Positions 27,458-36,961 of a stretch of DNA of 64,000 nucleotides are shown one piece after another. The DNA comes from Thermoplasmata archaeon (GTDB lineage: Archaea > Thermoplasmatota > Thermoplasmata > Lutacidiplasmatales > UBA184): the NCBI GenBank assembly GCA_028864975.1, contig JAGWLG010000005.1, positions 1 to 64,000 on the forward strand, given 5' to 3'. Position 1 is the first letter of the stretch, and every line of letters begins with the position of its first letter. The position numbers and the translations under genes are program-made. The notes below the pieces were generated by a model. That model was not told the DNA's origin, did not search any database, and worked only from the letters and a program-made list of their open reading frames with translations.

Positions 27458-30400
27458 GTGCTCGAGGAGATGGCACCGATGTCCCTGACCCGCCGCCCGG
27501 GCTCCCCCTCCTGGGTCCTCGGCACGCTCTCGCTGGTCTTCCTTGCCTCGATGATCACGACCTCCCTCCCGCTCCCCGCTCGCGCCGCACCTTCAGGTGG
27601 GACCTTCCCCGGTGCCTCTCTGGTCGTCGCGCACGCTCCCTCGCCCGCGGGAGCGGGGCCTGGCTGGTCCCAGGCCCTCTCTGTCCCCCGGAACTGGACC
27701 AACATCACCACGACGTCCGGGGTCGGGCCCTCCGCCCGTATGTGGACGGGGATGACCTACGACGCCGCCGACGGGTACCTCCTCCTCTTCGGGGGGTACG
27801 CACCGCTGACGAACAACGCCTACGGGGACACCTGGGGCTTCTTCGCGGGCCACTGGCACCTGCTCTCGAACACGGGACCCTCTCCCCGCGAGGCCGCGGC
27901 CGTCATCTACGACGCGCTCGATCGGTACGTCGTGCTCTTTGGAGGGGCCTTCAACTACGCCGGCAAGACGTTCTTCTACAACGACACGTGGGTCTGGTCG
28001 CACGGATCCTGGACCAACATTTCCGCGTCCCAGACCGTTTCACCGCCGCCTCGCCGGACGCCGGGGGTGGCCTACGACCCTCTCGAAGGCCGCGTCATCA
28101 TGTTCGGGGGCCGCGGAAGCTTGACCTCTTTCCTAGGCGATACATGGGCCTTCACCCGAGGTCTCTGGTCTCTCGTCAACGCCAGCACGCCGCTGCTAGG
28201 CTCGCGGGCGGGGCCAGGGTTCGACTACGACGCCTCCCTTGGGGGGATCCTCCTCTTCGGGGGCCAATCCGGGGGAGCGGCCCAGAACGACACCTGGCTC
28301 TTCCGCGGACAAACCTGGATGCAGCTTTCGCCCAGCCGGGCCCCGTCCATCCGAGGGAACTCCATGGACGCCTACGACCCCGGCGACGGCGTCTCGCTCC
28401 TCTTTGGAGGGAACGCGAACAATCTCGATCACAGCGACCTCTGGGCTTTCGGGGGGGGCGAGTGGACCAACCTCACCTCCCAGCTCGCTCTCCCGCTGCC
28501 CGGGCCCCGCGACACCGGGAGCATCGCCTTCGATCCCGTGAACGGAACCGTCCTCCTCTTCGGAGGCGAGTGGCAGCACAGCCCCGGGAACATCCTCGAG
28601 TACAGCGACACGTGGACGCTCGGAGGGGGACCCCTCCGCGCGGGTGCCCTCTCCGACCCGTACCGGGTCGACGCGGGGCAGCAGCCGACCACATCTGTCG
28701 CTTCCGAGATCGGTGGCACGCCGCCGTTCAACTACACCTGGAACCCCGGCGACGGGACCGGGACCGAATACGGTCAGGCCCCCACCCACATCTATGCGAC
28801 ACCGGGAACCTTCCACGAGAACCTCACCGTGACCGACGCCGTTGGGGCGGTCAGCTGGGCGCCCGCGACTGCCATGGTGGTGGGTGGGCCCCTCGTCGTC
28901 CCCACTCCTTGGATCTCACCCACCCCTGCCGAGGTGGGAGTCCCGCTCACCCTCCAGGTAAACGTCAGTGGGGGTTACGGTCCTGCCTCCCTCCAGTGGT
29001 CCGGCCTTCCCGTGGGGTGTGTGAGCCGCAACGCCACCGTCCTGAGCTGCGTCCCATCGGCGGCGGGGAACTCGACGCTCGTCGTCGCAGCCCAAGACAT
29101 CGACCTGAACTTGCGGTCGTCCTCGACTCGTCTATCGGTCTTCCCTGCCCTCGGGGCCGGCGCCGTCGGGGTCGCCCCCTTCGCGCCGGCCGTGGGACAA
29201 GTGGTCGCGTTCACGGTCTCCGGCGCTTCGGGCGCCCCTCCCTACGCGGTCCGCTGGACGTTCGACGACGGGGGCAGGGGGTCCGGCTCCCCCTACTACC
29301 GCTCCTTCCCCACCAGCGGGACGTTCTCGACCCATGTGTTCGTCAACGATAGCGCGGGGGCTTCGGTGGGCGTGTCGCGTGCCATCACGGTCCTGCCGCC
29401 TCTCGCCGGAGCGCCCACGGTGGCACGCGACCCCTCGGACAGCGGGGTCCCCGAGACCCTCTTCCTCTCCCCGAGTGGTGGGACCGATGTCTACACCGTC
29501 TCGTGGCGCGGGCTTCCTTCCGGTTGCCTGACGGCGAACCTCACCATCCTCTCCTGTACCCCGACCGCCTCCGGGACCTACACCGTTCGCGCCTGGGTGA
29601 ACGACACTGGGGGCACCTCCACACTGACCTCGGCGCTCATCTGGAGTGTCGCACCGAGGCTGAGCGTGACCGCGCATGCCTCGACGTCAACCGGACCCGC
29701 GCCGTTGTCCGTCCAGTTCACGGCGGGATACCAGGGGGGTGTGGGACCCGTGGCGACGGCGTGGTACCTTGGTGACGGCAGCTCGAACACACAGGAGAAC
29801 CTGACACACACCTATCTCGTCGCCGGGAGCTTCCTCCCCACCTTTTGGGCGAACGACAGCGGGGGAGGCTCGGTCTTCCAGTCCCTTCCGCTGCAGATCC
29901 TCGGGCCTCTATCGGTCTCAGTTACCCTGAGCGCGACCTCCGTCCTCGTAGGCACATCGGTCACCGTTACTGCGTCTCCCTCCGGCGGTGGCTCCGTCTC
30001 CTCGGTGGCGGCCTGGACGTTGAACGGAGCCCCATATTCGGCGACGGGGCTCTCGTTCAGCTACACCCCGTCAGGTGCCGGGGACGACGTCTTCTCCGTC
30101 CAGGTCCGCGACTCCTACGGGGAGCTCGCGAGCGGGTCGACAACGCTCCATGTAAGCTCTCCCTCGCCGGGACCGGGAGAGCGGACGGCGGGTCTGACCG
30201 GCCTCTCTCTCGTCCTTCTCGTCGCGGGAGTGGCAGGGGCCGCGGTAGCGCTTCTGGTGCTCGTCTCGTCCCTGCGCCGCCGTAGGACCTCGAAGGACCA
30301 GGGTCCCTTCTCGCGGAAGACCACCCCACTCGGCAGCGGCGATGGGGGTCCACGTTCCTTGCCGCCCTGGCCGATGAACCCCGTGACCCTGATCGAATCC

Positions 30401-30916
30401 TCCCACTCGGAGGACATCTGGAAGATGGCCTCCACCTCCGGAGTCGACCGGGCGAAGATGCTCATCCTCACCCCGTCACCGTCGGCCGCGCTCATGGCTC
30501 AGTATGGGCTCTCAGGGTCCTCGGTCTACCAGTTGTCACGGATGGAGGGGGAGTCGAACGTCTCTCCAGGAGACGTGGACCGGATCGGAAACCTCATCGA
30601 GACCCACATGCAGAAAGGGAATGGCAGGACCGTGCTCTTCGAAGGGATCGAACGGGTCGTGGACCAGGCCTCGATTCGATCCACCCGGCGCCTTCTAGAG
30701 TACGTCCAAGAGGTCTCGACGAGCACGCGGGGAGCAGTGCTGATCGCGCTCAACCCGACCATCCTCTCGCTCGCGGAACGGCGCCAGCTCGAAGGGCAAG
30801 GCACGGTGCTCCGAGTAGATGGAGGGGACTCGGGAGGAGAAGGCCGGTCCGACCGGGAACCCTCCCCATCCCCAGGGCGGGCCGCGGATCTGCCCGAGGG
30901 GCGTAGCGGGAAGTAG
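27458..30916 (+). CDS. Kelch beta-propeller + about 6 PKD/Ig domains + TM + cytoplasmic DUF835-like domain
   Basis: Six Kelch units, GG..PY.W..GDG-type repeats, TM about 30190-30285, then SPGDVDRI...VLFEGIERVV...LIALNPTILSLAERRQLE. Confidence 0.85.
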   Translation: MLEEMAPMSLTRRPGSPSWVLGTLSLVFLASMITTSLPLPARAAPSGGTFPGASLVVAHAPSPAGAGPGWSQALSVPRNWTNITTTSGVGPSARMWTGMTYDAADGYLLLFGGYAPLTNNAYGDTWGFFAGHWHLLSNTGPSPREAAAVIYDALDRYVVLFGGAFNYAGKTFFYNDTWVWSHGSWTNISASQTVSPPPRRTPGVAYDPLEGRVIMFGGRGSLTSFLGDTWAFTRGLWSLVNASTPLLGSRAGPGFDYDASLGGILLFGGQSGGAAQNDTWLFRGQTWMQLSPSRAPSIRGNSMDAYDPGDGVSLLFGGNANNLDHSDLWAFGGGEWTNLTSQLALPLPGPRDTGSIAFDPVNGTVLLFGGEWQHSPGNILEYSDTWTLGGGPLRAGALSDPYRVDAGQQPTTSVASEIGGTPPFNYTWNPGDGTGTEYGQAPTHIYATPGTFHENLTVTDAVGAVSWAPATAMVVGGPLVVPTPWISPTPAEVGVPLTLQVNVSGGYGPASLQWSGLPVGCVSRNATVLSCVPSAAGNSTLVVAAQDIDLNLRSSSTRLSVFPALGAGAVGVAPFAPAVGQVVAFTVSGASGAPPYAVRWTFDDGGRGSGSPYYRSFPTSGTFSTHVFVNDSAGASVGVSRAITVLPPLAGAPTVARDPSDSGVPETLFLSPSGGTDVYTVSWRGLPSGCLTANLTILSCTPTASGTYTVRAWVNDTGGTSTLTSALIWSVAPRLSVTAHASTSTGPAPLSVQFTAGYQGGVGPVATAWYLGDGSSNTQENLTHTYLVAGSFLPTFWANDSGGGSVFQSLPLQILGPLSVSVTLSATSVLVGTSVTVTASPSGGGSVSSVAAWTLNGAPYSATGLSFSYTPSGAGDDVFSVQVRDSYGELASGSTTLHVSSPSPGPGERTAGLTGLSLVLLVAGVAGAAVALLVLVSSLRRRRTSKDQGPFSRKTTPLGSGDGGPRSLPPWPMNPVTLIESSHSEDIWKMASTSGVDRAKMLILTPSPSAALMAQYGLSGSSVYQLSRMEGESNVSPGDVDRIGNLIETHMQKGNGRTVLFEGIERVVDQASIRSTRRLLEYVQEVSTSTRGAVLIALNPTILSLAERRQLEGQGTVLRVDGGDSGGEGRSDREPSPSPGRAADLPEGRSGK

Positions 30917-31039
30917 GGCAGGTCGCGGGGCAGCCGGGTACCCCAAGAACTCTCCCTCGTCTTCCGCGGTGGGGCTTTCTCCCAAGCAGATACACGTGTT
31001 GAGCGCTGGTGAGAAAAGTGACCCGACGAACTTCCCGCC

Positions 31040-32167
31040 TCACATCACAGGGCTCGGAGGAGGATTTCCAGGGGAGTTGGGAGGAGATGAGGGAGCGAGC
31101 ACGAGAAGGCGATCATATCGATGGTCAAGCCAGATCGTCGTCTCCGCGGCTCTCACTTGCGTGACCTCGATGCTCTTGAGATGCTCCTGCAAGGTCAACA
31201 GAACAGGCCGCCGTGAGGGGATTGTGATGACGGTTTCGCTAGGGCCGGCGGCGGACTGACCCTGCGCGCCCAAGAGCATCTTCCCTTGGTGTTCCACGAG
31301 AAGGAAGGGGTAAACCCTGCACTGTTCGGTCAGCACGGGCAGGAGGGTCGACACGGTCTTGCCCGGAAGGAACTCCCCGCGAACGAAGACCGTCAGATCC
31401 GCGAGACGCCCCTGGAACTGGGGTATCCGCGCCGGGTCGGGCATCACGCGCCGCTCCACCCAGGCCTGCTCGACTAGCCGTCGCTGCGAGCGTGGGAGGC
31501 CGACCGGCCCCAAGAGGTGGCCCGGCCGACCATCCTCAGGGGCGGTGAACGGTCGGAGCAGTAGCTCCTGCGTCGTCCTTCGGAGGCCGTCAGAACTTAT
31601 GGCGGAGCCGCGGCGCGCTCCGACAGAGGCCGGACCTCCGAGTCCCCGAGGGTATGAGGTGGTCCCCGCGATGCCCGCCATGTTGGCGAAGAGCCCCTCG
31701 TAGTCGAAGTAGACCGGGAAGTTCGGCTCCTTGAGCGAAGGGGTGAGCAGGAGCGACTCGGAAGCGAGGTCTGTCCGCTGCAACCTCTCGGCAGTCTTCG
31801 TGGCCTGGGCGATCGAGGAGTGGAGGATGACCTCGAAGAGCAGGGCCGCCGATTGCCACAGCACCACAGCTCCCGGCTCCATCGACCAGGCGCGCCCCAG
31901 GTCCTGGGCCTTGTCCGCGTAAGGTCGGGCGAGCGCCACCGTCGCGTGCGTGAACCCGTAGAGGAGGGGGTCGGGGAGGTAGCGGTCCCGCACCCACCCC
32001 TCCTCGTAAGCGCGCTTGCGGACCGCGTGGTAAGTGGAGCGGGGAAGCTGGGTCTGGCGAAGCCGTTCACGCTCGTTCTCCTGCCCTGCCGCGAGGAGCG
32101 CACGGAGGACCCGCACCTCGGCATCCGTCAGGTCGCGCACACGAGCTCCGAGCGATGCCGGAGACAC
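31040..32167 (-). CDS. Putative transcriptional regulator with two Lrp/AsnC-like halves
   Basis: N-terminal HTH-like LTDAEVRVLRAL...LPRSTYH...GWVRDRYLPDP, echoed by LPRSQRRLVEQAWVERRVMPDP. Confidence 0.55.
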   Translation of the reverse strand: MSPASLGARVRDLTDAEVRVLRALLAAGQENERERLRQTQLPRSTYHAVRKRAYEEGWVRDRYLPDPLLYGFTHATVALARPYADKAQDLGRAWSMEPGAVVLWQSAALLFEVILHSSIAQATKTAERLQRTDLASESLLLTPSLKEPNFPVYFDYEGLFANMAGIAGTTSYPRGLGGPASVGARRGSAISSDGLRRTTQELLLRPFTAPEDGRPGHLLGPVGLPRSQRRLVEQAWVERRVMPDPARIPQFQGRLADLTVFVRGEFLPGKTVSTLLPVLTEQCRVYPFLLVEHQGKMLLGAQGQSAAGPSETVITIPSRRPVLLTLQEHLKSIEVTQVRAAETTIWLDHRYDRLLVLAPSSPPNSPGNPPPSPVM

Positions 32168-32274
32168 CGTAGCACGGTGTCCAGCCCTTCCGGCGCGGCA
32201 TGGGACGGGGCTTCTTGTAAGGGTATCGGAGTTCCAGAATAGGGGAACGGAGGCAAGTTCCCACCGGTGTTCCC

Positions 32275-33795
32275 ATGCGTTCGCGTTTTGGATCCCTCTC
32301 CTGCTCGATCTGGATGGTCGCTGGTCTGCTCGCGCTTTCGATGCTCCTGCCGTTCACGACGGCCGCTCCGACGACGGGTTTCACCTCACCGAGTCCCGGG
32401 GCACCCGCGGAATCTTGGGCGTGGGGAGCGACCTTCGCTAAGACCGACCAGGGCACGTTCTCCGGGACCACTCAGAGCGGGGTCCCCTGGTCGCTCTCCT
32501 TCAGTATCCATGGTTTCCTTTCCTGGAACACCGTCCTCACCCAGACCAACACGTCCACCACATCCTTCGAACTGGAGGCGCAGCGGGTCATCCTCGGCGC
32601 TTACTTCCTTTCGGCCACCGGGACCCAGGGACCCACGACAGGCTCGGTGAATATCACGGTCCTGGCCTGGGAACAGGACCACTCCTTCTCCAATTTCACG
32701 ACCACCGGCACGGTGCTGCTGAACGGCACCACCTCCGTCCCCGCGGTCGCGATCGAGTCCGTCCACGCCCTCGTGAACTCCAACCTCACCGCGAGGGTCA
32801 ACGCGAGCCTCACCGGGGGCCAGACCGGCGCGATGCAGGGCTACGCGAGCGGGGCGGTCCACGCGGACGCGACGCTCAACTTCGCTCCGGCCCTGGGCCT
32901 CGTCCCGGTGACCCCCGTACCCGACAGTTGGTGGAACTCCACGAGCACCTACACTGCCCAGGGGACCTACGCCGACGCCTGCCACTTCCAGTTCTCCGCG
33001 ACGAACCCGATGGGGGCGTCCACCTCCGGAACCGGCACCTGCGGGGGCAGCGGGTCGCTGGATGCGACGAACACGGTCTGGCTCCGGGGAACGGATGCGG
33101 GCGACGACTACCTCGCGGGTTTCGGTCACTACCGCAGCACGCTCTTGGAGCTTGGGGGAAACCTCGACTTCAACATCCATGACGGCCTGATCTTCGTTCC
33201 CGGTCACCTCGACGTCTTTGGAGGAACGGGACTGGGCGGGACCAGTCCCGCGAGTCCCCAGGGCACCGAGGTCATCACGGGCCACGTGGACCTGGACCCC
33301 CACGCGTCGCACTTCGGCATGATCGCCTCGAGCTCACAGTTCTCTCCTCAAGCGACCGCGACCGGCGCCCTCCCGAGCGGGCTCGCCGCGACGTACGACG
33401 GGACGCAGGCTACGGCCTCGTCCTCCCCCGCGGTGAGCGGGCTCCCCTCCTACAATGTGCAGGGCAAGCCAGAAAGCGCGCAATCTGCGCTCACGGCGAA
33501 CGGCTGCCTGCTGAACCCCACCGGCTCGCAGTGCAAGACCTCGGCCCCCGCGCACACGTTCCTCCTGCTCCTCGTAGTCGTGGCAGCGGTCGCGGTCGTA
33601 GTGGCCGTGCTCGTGGCCCGACGTGAACGCGGCCCCAAGGGTGGAGTCGCTTCCCGTCCGGGCGTCTACATCCCCTCCCGCTCTGACGCCGGAGCTGGAT
33701 CCCGGAGTGGGGTCGCGGCGCCCACACCCCCGGGCACTCCTCCAGGATCCCAGCGCCCGACGCCGAGCCAGGACCCGCTGAGCAATCTCTGGTGA
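32275..33795 (+). CDS. Secreted/membrane-anchored Thr/Ser/Gly-rich protein of unknown function
   Basis: Signal peptide, beta-rich body with several NxS/T sequons, TM FLLLLVVVAAVAVVVAVLVA followed by RRER. Confidence 0.85.
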   Translation: MRSRFGSLSCSIWMVAGLLALSMLLPFTTAAPTTGFTSPSPGAPAESWAWGATFAKTDQGTFSGTTQSGVPWSLSFSIHGFLSWNTVLTQTNTSTTSFELEAQRVILGAYFLSATGTQGPTTGSVNITVLAWEQDHSFSNFTTTGTVLLNGTTSVPAVAIESVHALVNSNLTARVNASLTGGQTGAMQGYASGAVHADATLNFAPALGLVPVTPVPDSWWNSTSTYTAQGTYADACHFQFSATNPMGASTSGTGTCGGSGSLDATNTVWLRGTDAGDDYLAGFGHYRSTLLELGGNLDFNIHDGLIFVPGHLDVFGGTGLGGTSPASPQGTEVITGHVDLDPHASHFGMIASSSQFSPQATATGALPSGLAATYDGTQATASSSPAVSGLPSYNVQGKPESAQSALTANGCLLNPTGSQCKTSAPAHTFLLLLVVVAAVAVVVAVLVARRERGPKGGVASRPGVYIPSRSDAGAGSRSGVAAPTPPGTPPGSQRPTPSQDPLSNLW

Positions 33796-33834
33796 GCTCG
33801 GCTCGCGCCCCTCTCATCGAGGGGGAGCAACGGA

Positions 33835-33954
33835 TCACCCGCCGGCGACGGAGGCGGCCCACATCACGGTGAGCCAGACGATAAGCACGAGGACGAGCGC
33901 CGAGCCGGCCAGCGCGAAGCCAAGCTTCACCCATCGTGCGGGAAACTCGTACAC
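33835..33954 (-). CDS. 39-aa single-TM small protein (absent from the ORF track)
   Basis: GTG start, MYEFPARWVKLGFALAGSALVLVLIVWLTVMWAASVAGG*; CTTAAG about 25 bp upstream. Confidence 0.6.
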   Translation of the reverse strand: MYEFPARWVKLGFALAGSALVLVLIVWLTVMWAASVAGG

Positions 33955-34021
33955 GTCCGGAACGACGGACCCGCGCACTTAAGCCTCGCGGGGGGCCGAC
34001 CTTTTCGGGGGGCGACTCGGA

Positions 34022-34900
34022 ATGCCTGCGCACAAGGTCCTCCTGATGGGTGGTGGTGCGGGGGTCGTCGGGAGCGGGGTCCTCGCCGAGATCGCCGGAC
34101 GCTACGAGATCCGGTCCTACCACCGGACCCCGGCGCCCTCCGAGCGAGGGAAGGTCGAGTTCGTTTCCGGGGACGTGGGCGAGGTCGGGCGCTTCCCAGA
34201 GCTGGTCCGCGGCGTCGACTCCATCGTGAACGTCGTATGGTACCGCCAACCGGGGCCTGACCGGCTGTTCGCCAGGACGGAGGCCTCGCTACGAGCCCTC
34301 GTCTCTGCGGCGCAAGCCGCCGGGGTCGAGCGCTTCGTGCAGATCTCGCTCCCCCCCGCGACTTCTCGCCTCGAGTCCCGTACTCCGTATCTCTACCACA
34401 AGCGGGCCTTCGAGAAGGAGATGGGGGCGAGCGGTCTCAAGGTCACCTTGCTCCAACCTTCCGCGATCTTCGCTCCCCAGGACCGGTTGATCCATGTCAT
34501 GTTGGACCTCATGCAGCGCCACCGACGATTCCCGCTGTTCGGGGACGGGGGCTACCATCTCTCTCCCATCTGGCACCAGGACGTCGGATGGCTCGTCGGC
34601 GAGGCGCTCGAGGACCGGCTCTCCGGGACCGTCCTCGCGGGAGGTCCGCAACGCTACACCTACCTTGAGCTTCTCGAGCTCCTCCAGCGATACGTGCCTC
34701 AGAGGGTGAAGCTCGTACGCGTGTCGCTCCCCACCGGCCGTCTCGCGGTCCAGTTCTTCAATGCTCTCGGGTGGCACGTGCTCTACACCTACGAGTACGA
34801 TTGGCTCGTGTCCGATCTGCTCGGGTTCGCAGCTCCGAGCCACCCCGGACGGGAGTTCCGAACGCTCGAGAGCTTCCTCGAGGAAGGTAGGCACGCCTGA
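34022..34900 (+). CDS. Atypical SDR / NAD(P)-binding protein (NDUFA9-like)
   Basis: MGGGAGVVGS, GVERFVQIS, YLYHK, PSAIFAPQD, LAGGPQRYT. Confidence 0.85.
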   Translation: MPAHKVLLMGGGAGVVGSGVLAEIAGRYEIRSYHRTPAPSERGKVEFVSGDVGEVGRFPELVRGVDSIVNVVWYRQPGPDRLFARTEASLRALVSAAQAAGVERFVQISLPPATSRLESRTPYLYHKRAFEKEMGASGLKVTLLQPSAIFAPQDRLIHVMLDLMQRHRRFPLFGDGGYHLSPIWHQDVGWLVGEALEDRLSGTVLAGGPQRYTYLELLELLQRYVPQRVKLVRVSLPTGRLAVQFFNALGWHVLYTYEYDWLVSDLLGFAAPSHPGREFRTLESFLEEGRHA

Positions 34901-34917
34901 CGGCGCGGGAACGGAAC

Positions 34918-35697
34918 TCAGGCGAGGGTCCCGCTCTCGATACGGTGTTCGCACGCCCCGCAGACCCATGCGCGCGTTCGGGTGAGGTTTCCCGGCGACC
35001 AGGACATGCCGCGTGCGCAGCGAGGGCACTCCAGCGAGCTGCGGAAGCTCACGTCCCCGGAGGGGCGAGGAGGGGGCATGGGGGCCGAGGGGGGCGCGTG
35101 GGCCTCCTGGAGCTGAGGTGCCGCCGCGGGGTCCTGAGGCTGACCCGTGGTGGGGATCGCTCGGCAGGTCGCCAGGACCGTGCACTCCTCGGGACCTGGG
35201 GTCCCTCGGACCGGATAGGTCGCGTCCAGCAGGCAGTTGGGGGGAATGTCCCCGCTCCGCATCTCATAGAGCCGGAAACCACCCAGCTTGGAGCGGACGA
35301 CAACGCGGTACTCGAGGGCGAGGGGTGTGGGGGTAGGGTTGTAGGCCACGACCTGCACGGGGATAGGTTCCCCCGGGGGTACGACTGGGAGCGGCACTCT
35401 GGAAGCGAAGTACGCGCCGCCGCCGGTCTCGCCCCAATCCACCTGCAACGACTCGAGCTTGCGTTCCCAAGTCGAGAAGAGCACGCGAGGCGGGGTTTCG
35501 GTCCCGGCGTCGGCAAGAGTGGGGGGCAAGGAGGTAGGACCGTTCGGTGCCGCCGCGCTGGGCACGAGGGGCTTCTCGCGGTAACGGTCCGCGAACGGGG
35601 CGAAGCCGCAGCTCTCGCAGGTCCATCCCAAGGCCTGCTTGCTCATCGCACCCTGCTTGCATCGAGGACATTGTGGGGAGTAGCTCGCTTCGGCCAT
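34918..35697 (-). CDS. Double Zn-ribbon / beta-sandwich protein (short paralog of 2231-3745)
   Basis: CPRCKQGAM..GWTCESCGFAPF; PPGEPI; CPRC..RAWVCGACEHRIESG. Confidence 0.8.
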   Translation of the reverse strand: MAEASYSPQCPRCKQGAMSKQALGWTCESCGFAPFADRYREKPLVPSAAAPNGPTSLPPTLADAGTETPPRVLFSTWERKLESLQVDWGETGGGAYFASRVPLPVVPPGEPIPVQVVAYNPTPTPLALEYRVVVRSKLGGFRLYEMRSGDIPPNCLLDATYPVRGTPGPEECTVLATCRAIPTTGQPQDPAAAPQLQEAHAPPSAPMPPPRPSGDVSFRSSLECPRCARGMSWSPGNLTRTRAWVCGACEHRIESGTLA

Positions 35698-35837
35698 GGT
35701 GGTGCTGGAGACCATGCGGAAACCGGCACGCCACGCATCAATGCGTGGTCGCACCGCGGACAATTCGCCAGATTGCTGCGAAATTCGTCGCCCTTTGTGC
35801 CGGTATTGGAAGGTAGCCTTCGGGGACGACCTTAGGG

Positions 35838-36902
35838 TCATCCCCCGATCGCGTGCATCGCGCGAGGCTTCACCCAGGTCTTCCTCAGGTCGCCCAGGTA
35901 CTGGACCCCGGGGGGTTTGCGGTCGTAGCATGCCCGGACCGTTTCCGCCAGCTCCTCGTCCGTGGCCCCCGCCCGCAAGGGCGCGCGGAGGTCGTGGAGC
36001 GCTCGATCGAACAGACAGGTCAAGAACTGCCCATCCGCCGTCAGGCGGATCCGATCACAGTCATCGCAGAAGGGCTCGGTGATCGGGGTGATGAGTCCCA
36101 CCTCCCCCTTGCCGTCTTCGAACCCCCACCTCTGGGCGGTCTCGCCGTCGCCGCGTCCGCGGGGGAGAAGCTCGTAACGGGAGCCGATCCTGGCCCGAAG
36201 GTCGTGGCCGCTCACGACCTTCTCCGGGTCCCAGGTGCCACGACCGTCGAGCGGCATGAACTCGATGAAGCGCAGGGCGATGTCGCGCTCGCGCGCGAAC
36301 TCGACGAGGTCGAGGACCTCGTCTTCGTTGTACCCTCGAATAGCGACGGAGTTGACCTTGAGCGGGGTGAGCCCTTCGCGGCGGGCGGCCTCGATGCCCT
36401 CCAGGACGCGCGGAAGGGCGTCCATCCCCGCGATCTGGTGGAAGCGGTCGCGACGCAGACTGTGAAGGCTGACCGTGACCCCATGCAGCCCGGCCGCCCT
36501 TAGGGCGGAGGCCTTCTCCGCGAGGAACCACGCGTTGGTCGTCATGTCCACCTCTTCGAGCCCCGGTATCCGGGTGAGGCGCCCCACGAGCTCCTCGACC
36601 TTCGGACGGAGGAGGGGTTCCCCTCCCGTGAGGCGAACCTTGCGGACCCCCATCGAGACCAGGACGCGGGTCAGGCGCTCGACCTCGTCAAACGAGAGGA
36701 GCTCCTGCCGCGGCAGCCAGTGGACCTTTCCTTTCGAGGGCATGCAGAACAGACAGGCGAAATTGCAGCGGTCGGTGAGGGAGATGCGAACCTTCCTAGC
36801 GACCCTTCCTCGGCGGTCGACCAGGGGGGCGCGCAACGCCGCTCCCACAAGAGGCCCTGAGGTCGAGCGGGCATCGCCTCCGCCAAGCGTGGGTGTCTCC
36901 AT
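35838..36902 (-). CDS. moaA: GTP 3',8-cyclase (molybdenum cofactor biosynthesis)
   Basis: RISLTDRCNFACLFCMP, RLTGGEPLLR, FIEFMP, FCDDCDRIRLTADG..CL, C-terminal IGG. Confidence 0.97.
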   Translation of the reverse strand: METPTLGGGDARSTSGPLVGAALRAPLVDRRGRVARKVRISLTDRCNFACLFCMPSKGKVHWLPRQELLSFDEVERLTRVLVSMGVRKVRLTGGEPLLRPKVEELVGRLTRIPGLEEVDMTTNAWFLAEKASALRAAGLHGVTVSLHSLRRDRFHQIAGMDALPRVLEGIEAARREGLTPLKVNSVAIRGYNEDEVLDLVEFARERDIALRFIEFMPLDGRGTWDPEKVVSGHDLRARIGSRYELLPRGRGDGETAQRWGFEDGKGEVGLITPITEPFCDDCDRIRLTADGQFLTCLFDRALHDLRAPLRAGATDEELAETVRACYDRKPPGVQYLGDLRKTWVKPRAMHAIGG

Positions 36903-36961
36903 GGGGCCCCGAGGTGAGACGAACCGGTTAGGGCGTGAAGAGGCTTGCGGGAGCCCTTTCG

